From Acanthaster planci (Eukaryota), in contig NW_019091360.1 of NCBI RefSeq assembly GCF_001949145.1, positions 382,502 to 436,416 of the forward strand: a stretch of 53,915 nt of DNA, read 5' to 3'. The notes beneath the pieces were generated by a model. It had not been told where the DNA came from. It worked only from the letters and a program-made list of their open reading frames with translations, and made no database searches. How positions within the stretch are numbered: position 1 is the stretch's first letter; each line of letters starts with the position of its first letter. Below, piece by piece: positions 12,201 through 24,200 of the stretch. Made by a program: the position numbers and the translations under genes.

Positions 12201-15200
12201 TCCGAGTCACAGGAGCAAACACAGTCACAGGACAGGACGATGCTGCAGAGAGCCATCAGGCTCCAGGAAGGACAGCAGGTTGTGGAACAGGCTACACTCA
12301 GAATGTGGAACAGTAACTGCGGAACTACTCTCAGGCCTCAAAAGCAGGGTCCCAAGGAAATTAGTGCTTCGTAGACCATATACATCATCATACAAAGACC
12401 ATCTAGAATGGAAAATAATCAAACTACTCCATACCAGAAAGCAGATACAGCTTCCAAAATCACTATCTTCTAGTGTTGGAAAAAATTAATAAAGTTCCAC
12501 ATAATTTCAACCAAGCAATTCAATGTAAAGAAATCACAGAGTGTAACTTATGGCTGCTGTTGTTACGCTGACCTATGCTTGCCCGAGCCACGCCCAAGAC
12601 TTCACAGAGCCAAAATCATCTGTGCCGATAGCCAAGGGATGGCACAAGCTAACCAAAATGGCCATGTCAGCATGAACTCAAAACACCATGTTCCTTCTAC
12701 CGCAACATGTAGCAAATTCCACCCATGCCCAATTCCATCCAACCTTATATACACACATCTACTTTCAATAAATACTAAGGATGCACTGATGCATGCCCAT
12801 GCATTCCACAACTAGACCAGAGGGTAAACATAAGACAAAATTGGGGTTAAACTAGGATTTCTGTGACCAACAGCAACCATGGTCCTACAAGAGAAGAAAC
12901 CCAATAAAAAGAAAATATTTAGTCCATAAAATTCAGCTGTGACACAGTCCCTACCTGATTCCATGGGTTGTACCCAGAATATTCCTCTGGGATTTTCCTC
13001 CCACCTCTAAAACTCTATTAAACTGCTTCCCATCATATCCTCTGTACAGGTTTCTTTAGACTTACGAGCTACAGTGCCTTGGGTGCTTTTGAGGAATCCT
13101 TGGTGTCATTACCAGAAATGATTAATAATAATAACGAAATGAACGTTGTGTTTGTTGGTAGACAAGCGCTGAGCTGTTTCTGATAAATTAGGGCAGGAAT
13201 CGAACAGCTGTCATGAATATGTAAGTGTGCTGTTTAAAATGTAAGACACACAGTATAAGCAGGGCCCGATATGCGTGGTTGCATGGAAACTTGGCAGATT
13301 CCCTGAAACAGGCTGGCTGAATTTGTACTCGATACACGTACAGAGAATATGGCCCTTACCGTTGCGGTTCTTACCCCTACAGGTGGTGTTGCCAGCATTA
13401 CCAGCAGAAGGCAAATTTTTTTCATTAGCAGAGGAAAGTGTGTTTAAACAATGAAAGGAGCCCTACACCTTGCACAGTGGATGCAGATCTTTACTCTAGT
13501 TTTTGATTGGAAACAATAATTGATGATAGATATGAACCTACTTCCAACAGTGCTAGTTTCTGACCCAGTAGTTTTCCTCAAAACATCTAACGGTGACATC
13601 ATGCAACCATCCAGTTCCCTCTATTGAAAGGTAAAAAAAATTCAATAATCTAATTTGAGCAGATGTCTGGGGTGAAGTTTGCCGGAATTCCTTGACAATT
13701 GTAATGTTTGTGCAAAAATTTAGATTGATGACGTCATCAGACCAGAAGTGATAATAAAAAGTCCTTTTAAAAATCACAAAAAAATCAATTCTGACAGCTA
13801 CAGTCTGAAATTGCTCATCACAAAATAGAGCAATTATCTGCATCTATTGTCCAAGACGTTGAGCTTGTTATGTTTTTCATGCTTACCATGCGCCCATAGT
13901 GAAAAAATTGCCTTATGCTGCTGATGGTTGCAACACAATCCGTAGGTGTAAGACCTGAAGCAGTAAAAGCCATATGCTTTGTACATGTAAAGTGTGTAAT
14001 TTGGAACCTTGCTATATTGGGGGAATCTGGCAAAATGCGCAACACGTGGCAGGGAAATCGTGTGAGCGTGTATTGTCATTGTCTTCTGACACAAGGGTAG
14101 TGGTGCCACAGACCTGAATTTGATTTTGGCCTGTTCCGTGCTGGTAAATGCATCATATTTTCTGAACGTGTACGTTTTACTAATGTCGCAGACTCCAGCA
14201 CTTTTATCCATGACTGACCTTGTATGACTTTATATTCGGCACATATGTATATAGTCCATCAGGCCAAGATGGTGTCAGAAAAGCATAGTCATCAGGAGTC
14301 TCTTGAAATGAGATTAAAGTACAAACCTCAATTCTCCTTATCTTCTGAAGTACATGTCCAATCGGGTTGAAACTTTGCAGATGTCTTGAAAGGGAAGGGA
14401 TGTAGGATAGACTGACATCATGAGATCATGACTATTGGGTTCGAACCATGCAGATATCTTGAAAGGAAGTGTTATAGAGGAAAATTGATCTCACTTAATC
14501 ATGATGTCATCAGATAACAAGTCATGTAAAATGAAAGGTGGACCCTTAAATGACTCGACATGTATCTCTTGAAGAACATGCTCGATTGGGTTCAAAGATC
14601 AAACCATGCCGATATCTGGAAAGGGAAGTCTCATAGAGGAAAATTGACCACATGTAGTGATGATGTCATCAGATAGCAAGTCACTTGACATTAAAGCGCA
14701 CATCTCCTGAAGTACATATCTGATTGGGTTGAATCTTTCTCAATAGCTGCAAAGGGAAGTGTTATAGATGCAAATTGACATCATGTAGTAATTATGTCAT
14801 CAATTGACAAGTTATGTGACATTAAAGTTGCATCCTTTAAAGCTCTATTTCTCCCTTAGTACCTGGTACATGTTTGATTTGGTTTAAATTGTGTTATATA
14901 GAAGGTAGATGGCATTGTTTGATGTTGACACCATCAGTTACAAGTCATGTAACATGTCAAGATGACAGGGATTGTAATGTTTTAGCAGATCCATTTCAAT
15001 TCCAGGAATTAAGTTGCTGAAAAACACACAAATGATGCGTTGAAAAGCTTCCAAATCTGAAGCACCTCTGTCTGTCTGTGGATGTTAATTGTAATAACAA
15101 ACATCTTCTAGTTCTCTTTTAAGTCCTTCAAAAATTCATCACAATTATTGCTACATACGAAAAAGTTGCTGGGACCAGACAAATTACTTTGTTATAACCA

Positions 15201-18200
15201 GGACATTGTTAAAACGTATAGAAAAACCGAAAAAAAACACACAAAAAATTCAAGAAATTGGGATTTGCAGATATTACCATTTTGTTATAATAGTGTTCTT
15301 TATATCGAGAGTTGACTGTACACTGTGAAACTGTAATAGAACTGGCTATGGATTGATATTCACACGAAGTATTGGGGAGCCAATATAAAACAAATAACTC
15401 CGCTGTCTGTTCTTGACAGAGAATCAAGGCAGCCTTCCTGATGATGAACTTGTTCAACTGAGTTCACATTTGGCATCTGAATGGCGAAAGCTTGGGTCAT
15501 TTCTTGGGCTTGGTCACCACACACTACAAGCCATAGATCTAGACCAACATTCCACAGAGGGCAAAGCCGCAGAAGTACTCTTCAAGTGGCGGCATACTTT
15601 GTCCAACAAAGAGGATGCATATGGAATTCTGTCAAAGGCACTCAAGATGTGCGACCGCTTGGATCTTGCAGAAGTAGTAAATAGTAAGTGTCAATTTATG
15701 ACCTTCACTCTTTCATTTTCAGTATTTGCTGTGCTGGCTTTTAATCAGTCATGATTTAGTGACAAAAGTGTTTCATATGTATTGACATACATGTACATGT
15801 ACTGGTAGTCACATTTATTTTTATAATGTATTTATAACTGGGTATTCCCACAAAAGAAAGGGAAACTCCCAAAGACAAAGCATGGCCATAAGAGATTGAA
15901 AGAGTACAAGCCCTCAAAGCCTACGATGCACTTGATGTTTATTGATGATATTGCTTTTTGACAATTATGAAACTCTGATTCATCATAACTATAAGGCCTG
16001 AATTTGAGTAAAGCTGAGCAAGGTCTTTTTGGTGCATAAATAATAACTCAAAGAAATACGTCTTATAAATGTATTTTTACCCTAAATAAACGTTTCTGAA
16101 AAAATCTTGTTAAAACAAACTGGAAAAATACATGTATATGTCTTAGTCTAGTAATAGTGAAAGTTTATAAAAATTGAATTTGTAAAAATGGACTTGAAAA
16201 AAATACACCATACAAGTGAACTATACACTTTCTGTTTCGAAATGCATTCTTCATGGCACTATTTTAGACATAAGTACAGTACATGTATGGTAGCTTCGGT
16301 AAACGGTAAATGTTCTGCTACAAACACTTGTCTCTTAGTTAATAGTTGAACCATCCCATAAACATGAATTTTCAGTCTGTCCTCTCTCAATCCACTGGAC
16401 TTTCACTCAACCACTTGCTGCCTGATGGTTTGAAAAATGCAGTGCACATAATCAGGACTTTTTCAAGATTTTCAGTTCTCAAAATTCTTCAGAAATTCAT
16501 CATTTCAATAAATGGACGCTTACACCCACATGAATTACTGTCTGGTGGCCACTCTAGTCTGACAGACAAAATCTATTGACGCCCGAGTATTTCAGCCAGG
16601 CCTGCAGCCTTGTGAAAAGAGCCCAGATTGTGTGCGGTGTTATGTAACATTCTTTTGTTCATGAATCTGGTACAGTGCGCTGCTGACCTCTTTTCAATAG
16701 GGGCCAGATCAGCATGCAGCAGTGCTGTGTGGCTCAACGCTGTGGTGGTGGAACGCTTTTGTCCCCAGTGGTAATCTGCTTGCACTAAATGCCCCAAACC
16801 ATGGTATACTGTTTCAAAACTAGGCTGGATTATCTCCACTATTGAGATGCCTAGCAGCCAGGTCTTTTGTTCCGAGTCTGGTCTTTTGTTACAAGGCCTA
16901 GTTCCCTTTGTTCAATTTTGGAGACCCTGGCCACACGTATAAACACACGGTGCCCGAAACCAGATTTCCCAGTGGCAAGTGGTTAACCCTTTGATGAGAG
17001 GAATTTCTTTCTGAAAGCCAACTCCAAGAATTCCAGTCTTGCTTGGTCACGAAGGCTGCCGGCCAAACCGCAAATTCTCGGTTTGTGGCCCTGCGTGCTC
17101 TGCACGCTTTGAATTACACGGTGAAAAGGCTGATTGTTCGGTGGTACGCGGCTCTACTCATGCTTCCACATTCCCGTTGCCTCTTTTGAAAGTGGGGACT
17201 ATTGTGAAGCTGGTGATTGTGATGCAAATTCGGTCTTTCCATTTCTGGGCTACACACAAAGGCCAATTACCATATATACAAGAGCCAGGGTCTGCCTTCT
17301 TTCACCGTGTTTGCTCGAGCGTGGGCCGAGAATAATAGCAAAAAGCGGGCTGAGGATCTAGATTTTTATGGCGTGTCTTGCTGCGTCCCGGCGCGGAGGG
17401 GTTAATGAAACACTGAATAAAAAATACTGAGTAACAAAATCACTTTATTGACAATAGTATCTAACTGCATGATGCTCAGTCCAAGCTAACACTTGGTACA
17501 GTAACTTATTCCACAAGCTGTCCCAAGACATTTTTATTTGCCATTTTTAAGACTGAATTGAAGAACTGTAGTGATCATAACCAGAGAAATGCATTCACAT
17601 TTACCAGTGTCCGTAGAATGCTTGGAACCTATTGTTTATCATAAATGAAAAACAGCAATTGTCAAATTTGCATCTTTCATTGCTATAGTTCATGAGTCTC
17701 CTTTTGGGCATATACCTTGTATAGGAGTGCTAGTTTCCCTTTGATCTTGTAGTATACAGAGGAGCTGATATAAAAATTGTCATAATTGTAGTTACAAGTT
17801 TAATGATAGTGTGCACTTGTTTGCAAATTTGCGTACCTGCCAAACATTCTGATTTTATCAGAACTGCCTAGATTTCCAAGTTTTCAGACTGCTGAAAATG
17901 GGAAAGTAGGGCCTACCAATTTCCATGAAAAGGGGGATAGAAAACTCGGGAAACAAAGGTGCTAGGCCTATTTGCAGAAGAAAAGAGGGAAGAGAAAAGA
18001 GGGTACTATTGGCTGTGTCAAAATGGAAGTTTTTTAACACATACACTGTACATGTACATACATGTGCATGGATGTTTGTAGATACATGTAGCTTCTCTTG
18101 TGCGGCTGCTTATTTTGCTATAGGTTCCTACATGTGCAGATTTTTTACTTTTCAATGTTGGCAGGTATGTAATTATACCAGTAATTTTCATGATTTTACT

Positions 18201-21200
18201 TCTTCCTAGCAACATTTTTCATCTAATCGATCAAGTATACATAAATGGGATTTTTAATTGTGTATTCTCTAAACATAATAGTACCTGGTACCATACTTGT
18301 AGACAAACAGTAACAAGAAAAGGGCATATTATTATTTTAGCTGCCAGAATTAAGGGCCGGCGACCATTTAGACCTGGTTTGAAAAGGGCCCTCCCGGTAA
18401 GCTTGCCCTGTTGCAAAAACCCCTTTCATACCGGCCTGGCTACCAGCCTGGGATGCTAGACTGGTTATTGATCTCGAACTTCTCCATCCTGGGGTGTATT
18501 GTTTGCAAGGACTGGCACATGTAATCTATCCCAGAAGGAACCTGCTTGTGGTTTTTAATCCTTCAGCACTATACAATGTTTGCACTAATCCGCTTAGACC
18601 CCTATTCATCTGTGGAAGCAGGGGGGGGAAGCCTTCCATCAGGGACTTTGAAATGCAGATGTGCAGACAGGCCTGATACCGGCCTGGAGTAGCCTGAATA
18701 CTGGGAAGGCATTATACATTTTCAAACTGGGTCTAAATGGTCGCCGGCCCTAAAGAGATTTTTAATGCTGAGTCAGATATCTTGCCTTCCATTTATGGAA
18801 TGACCCTTATTTTCTTTTCTCTGGGTGGTTAGCTGAAAGTTCAGTCTGTATATTTATGAGCTGGGTTAGTTTCTCCTGTAGTTAAAAGGAAAGATTCACC
18901 TGAGGTTGTTAATCTCCAGGTTCTACCGGTATCTTCATTTCACTGTTTGTCTAGATATGGCACGAGAGCATCAGCAATCTGCACTTTCTCCTGGCAAGGT
19001 GGTATACCAAGATATGGGAGGTCATGGCCCAACACCACACCTTATGAAACCCAGTGACTTCTGCAAAACTAGTGCACCATCTTTACCTATCCAAGCTACC
19101 AGGCCAGTCAGCTTTACACATATATCTGGTATGATGCTGTACTGTAAATGTGTACATGTACAGTGCAGCGTACATGTAAGAGGGGGGTACCTGTATATTC
19201 CACTAGGGAAGAATTCAGTTTCTTCTTGTTAAGCACACACCTTGTGTCTGACTTGGGTTGATTATATACTGCAAACAAGGCAAATATATGGTCATGCTAT
19301 GTACGCACACTTAAGATCTCACCAGCAGTGGTGGGTTTTTTACGCTGGTAGAATACTCCCACTTACTATCTGCTTACATAAAAGTTTAGGTTTATCTGAC
19401 CAGAGGCAGATTTTGATAGGTGATAACATTAACCACGACCTGCCGGGTGGATTTCTCTTGAGCGGGATGTGATGGCGGGACCTTTTTAAGATTTTCTGTT
19501 TTCAAAATTCGTCAGAAATTTATCTGTTCATTTACTGGACATTTATACCCACACAAACGACTCTCTGGTGGCTATTCTAATCTGTCAGGCAACCTTTATT
19601 GATGCCCGAGTATTCAACCTAGGCCTGCAGCCCTGTAAAAGGGAGCCCAGAATTGTGTGGTGTTGCATAATTTCCTTTGTTCCGGTGAATGCCAGTAGCA
19701 TCTTTTCATACGCGGCTGGATTAGTGAGCAGTGATGCTGTGTCGCTTATCAATGGGGCCCTGGAGCCCTTTTTTCCGCGGTGCTAATTTACGGGCGCACT
19801 ATGCCCAAAACAGTGGTATACTGTTTCAAAACAGTGCTGGATTACCTTCAAAAAATGGAAGTCGAAAAATGATGGTAATTCCCAGTAGCAGGTCCTTTGT
19901 TCCGAGTGCAGTTCTTGGTTACACAGACCAGCTCTTTTGTCCGAAACCGGGCGCGCCGGCTTTGTGTATAAACACACATTGCCCGAAACTGGGCTCCCCG
20001 GCAGGAAGTGGTTAAGCAATAACCTTGTAGACCGTGGGCCAAACAGACAAAGCCTGTACATTTTTTACACGATCGGGCTCAACTCCTACGACTAACTAAT
20101 TGTCACATAACAAGGTGTTAAAAAATCGGAACTACAAATTGGGGGATGTTCATATGGAATTTTCCTGCATGTTAATGTTTAGCAACAAGAAATAACAACC
20201 AAAAAATCTTTTAAAAATGTTGAACATGGCTCAGGTCATTGTAGTCTGGTCTCCATCCCGATTGTTTATTATTGTATAGTAAGGTGGAAAGCTTACGGTA
20301 GCACCATTCAAGGATACGATCTCTTTGTGTTCAGAACCATACAGACTCACAAAGAGATTGTATCCTTGCATGGTGCTACCGCAAGCTTTCCACCTTAGTT
20401 GTCTGTCACCATGAATAGCTTGAAATTCTGTTATATAGTACTTGACGTTTGGGGATCAGGCGTGACCATGAAATTCAGCATGGCATCATCAAACGAGAGC
20501 CACTACGACAAAAGTAAAAAATTTTGGTGTGTGATATTCATGTCCTTAACTCAGTTACTGGCAAGTAGGCCTGTGNNNNNNNNNNNNNNNNNNNNNNNNN
20601 NNNNNNNNNNNNNNNNNNNNNNNNNNNNNNNNNNNNNNNNNNNNNNNNNNNNNNNNNNNNNNNNNNNNNNNNNNNNNNNNNNNNNNNNNNNNNNNNNNNN
20701 NNNNNNNNNNNNNNNNNNNNNNNNNNNNNNNNNNNNNNNNNNNNNNNNNNNNNNNNNNNNNNNNNNNNNNNNNNNNNNNNNNNNNNNNNNNNNNNNNNNN
20801 NNNNNNNNNNNNNNNNNNNNNNNNNNNNNNNNNNNNNNNNNNNNNNNNNNNNNNNNNNNNNNNNNNNNNNNNNNNNNNNNNNNNNNNNNNNNNNNNNNNN
20901 NNNNNNNNNNNNNNNNNNNNNNNNNNNNNNNNNNNNNNNNNNNNNNNNNNNNNNNNNNNNNNNNNNNNNNNNNNNNNNNNNNNNNNNNNNNNNNNNNNNN
21001 NNNNNNNNNNNNNNNNNNNNNNNNNNNNNNNNNNNNNNNNTTCCTGGAAAACCACCATGCCGATGAAAACCCGGTCCCGCGGTCATACATGATACTTGAA
21101 TTCGGAGATCGGCAGCTAATTTTGTTATCCACTCCGCCCATTGTACCGCAAGTCGTTTTCCTAGTCCCGGAATTTCCTAGTTCACAAGAGCGAAAAAACC

Positions 21201-24200
21201 ACTAAAATTCACGGGCGATAGGCCACTCGCCACGTGTGATTTTAAATATTTCTTTAAATTGAATAGTCATATAAACCTTTGCATCTAATGTCTGCTTAAT
21301 CAAAATGACTTATTTAGAGTTTCCGTTTTTGTTAATTTAGCGAAAACTGCAAGCTTTTCCCCCACTCTCGGATCGCGCGGCGTTACCATGCAAAGTCGTT
21401 GTGAACTCAACTACACGGGCGCAGTAGAAATGTATGTGACGTAATGGGTTCGTCAACTGTGCGGCGCGGGGAGGGTAGCGTTGATAGCTCACTGTACAGT
21501 TGAAAAGTTGAGTAAAACCTTACGTAATTTCCACCTTTTTAATTCATTGTAATTCTTATTTTTCATCTAATTTTCTCAAAATTAAAAGATTCTTTATTAG
21601 AAAAGCAATTTTTTCAATGGTTTTGGCTGAAAATGGATTTTTCGTAGGGTTACTTTTTATTTGTGAAGACGTTTTTGTCTCGACCCTAAACCGATCCAGA
21701 ACTAGGAAAGGTGTCATCGTCACTTTCGTCGATCGATGTGTGAGTCCAAATATAAAAGCTTAGATTTTGAAAAAAAATTGAAGTATATCCAAAACACAAA
21801 GTTGACTTCTGACCATATTTCACTCGAATTAGCTGCAGTCTTACTAAATAATTTTCGCAATCCGGAACTAGGGAAATAATTGTACCAAACCTATATGAAC
21901 AAGAGACCGAAGGGGTTTTGTCTTATGAGGGGGAAGTATTTATTAAACTGAACCACTTCATCGTGGTCCATACCTCCGTGTGGCAAAACTTTCGTATCGC
22001 TTAGTCATTTGACAACGTGAAGCGCTGCTATTTTTTCACTTGGGCTTCCCTATGTTTGGTCACATGACCGTTCTTTTTACGGTCACGTGGCCGCTGCAGT
22101 GTCAGCGATTGGACTGCCTGAAGGGGACTACAATTGGGCCCGCGTTGCAATCAGGTTACATGTAGTTTCAGCGTCTTGAAAGCCAGGATTACACAGTTAC
22201 AGCTACGTTGATTTATTCAACGTGCCGTCCTCGTCTGAAAAGAAATGAACTTGCAATGACTCCTAACCCCATACATAGACTTCCGATACTTTCAACGCCG
22301 TTTGAAGCGTTTTGGTGGCGGTTTTTTAATCAGAAACTTCAAAATAAGTGGATATAATGGTGTGGGCATTGTTCGAGTTACAGTGGTATTTTTGTACATA
22401 AAACTTTAAGCCTTTTAACCCGTGACGTACATAGCACTGATCTGGTCCCGTGACACGACCAGCGCTCATCATTTGTGCACACCACATGCGTTCCGCGTGT
22501 ACGTGGTCATGAAGCATCCGGGACATTTCCTTTGAGCGTTTGCAGGTGCTTATATCATGTACGTGGTTTGCAGCTCTGTTCTCTTTTCTGATGTTCCCCG
22601 TGAAGATTTGTATTTCTGTTTCATACACCCACAAAAAAAATTGCCACCTAAAGGTAACAATTTCGTTTGATAAAAAGGTAGGAGAGATTAACTCCGACGT
22701 TTAGAACAATGTTCTGCTTGCTTCTTATGTACCAAAAAGAACCGTGTTTCGGGCACATAATCCACCGGGTTGCGCGCAATGCCATTTGTTATCAGGCGAT
22801 CTCTTTTCCGGGTACCCGATGTTAACAAAAAATGGGTATCCGGTTCTAAAAATACCCGCAAATGCACACCCCTACTGGCAAGGTAACACCTTTTTCAGAA
22901 GTGTCATGGGATAAAGTCTAACACTGCATGGAAAGATGGCAGAGTTGTGAGGGCCATTTCACTGAAATAGTGCAAGACTTTCAAGCAAGTCTTGATGTGG
23001 CGAGCGACGACGTTTCCATCAGTAACCACAGGTAGGCCAACTTCGACGCTACGTAGACACACGGTCAGGACGACTGATTTGCCTAATATGCTTCTTTCAG
23101 TTTTTAATGTTCTTAGGTGTTGGTTGTTTTCCTTTTGCATATTGAGAACTTTACATTAAATTTATGCAATCACGACTTTCATCATGTACATGTAGGCCAA
23201 GGCCCGTAGGCCATGTAGGCCGAGGGTCATTCAGCATGTTCAGCTCACTTGAAGTTGCAGTCTGGCAGTTGCACTTTGCAGATGGATTGTACTTTTGGTT
23301 GGCAACATTTTATGTATGGTTACATGTATTGACTGCTTTATTTTTGTTTTTCTTATTTTCACCATGTTCACTGTCTGTCTATTGCTTGTTTCATGCCAAC
23401 TAGGCCTACAGTCATTGTTAGCCAACTTGACTGATGACAAGTCCACCGTTAAGAATGTCTCATCAGCAACAACTTAATCGCAATTGCTTACGAAACAAAG
23501 TGTCATTACACACATTGTACAGTACATGTACGTGGAGGTTTACACAAGCAGTGACAAACACTGTGCCTTTACACATCCTGATTGTTAGATTGTCTTTATG
23601 ACAGGTGCCAGTTTTCACCATGAGTGCTATCAGCGGTTCACAGATGTTCAAAGAATCAAGTTTGCTGAGAAGAAACAACTTAGAGGTGTGCACATAACCC
23701 ACTTGTACATGTTCAGGTAAATGTTTAATATGTACAGCACATGTATGTGCTTGGTACATCAGTTTGAGTGTAGTATATATCAGGAAGAAAAAATGAGAAA
23801 TGTCTAGGCTGTGACCGTTCTTTTGCAGGCTTTTCTTGTGGGCCAAGTGTGTGTGTGTAAATTTCAAGCGCTTAGAAGAATTAATTCATAAAATTTTTCA
23901 ATGTGTTACAAAGGAGAGAACAATCACATTTGGAAAAAAATCAATTGTATTTTATTACAAGACCTTTCTAAAAACATGTTGTCAATTTCTGGAAATTAGT
24001 GAAAGAAAGTACTGTACATTACTATTTTGTTTGCCATGGATCAGGAGAATTAAATGAAACCATACAAAAATGTCCTTTGCTCTCCCAAATAAAAACCAAA
24101 TAATCTGTGACCCAGTGCCTGAAGTCACAGTTGCCAGTATTTTTAAAAGGTTGACACTATGTTCTAAGTGTACATGTACGGGTAGAAATCGATTCCCGTG

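Noticed and set aside
14268..14280. PBS-like TGGTGTCAGAA
   Set aside because: It is not preceded by an LTR-ending CA and no retroelement coding relic follows.
15413..15754. DD ORFs (also 36772-37029) as stand-alone single-exon genes
   Set aside because: Their ORF starts are TTG codons, not ATG, and both are bounded by phase-matched splice sites that join the caspase gene.
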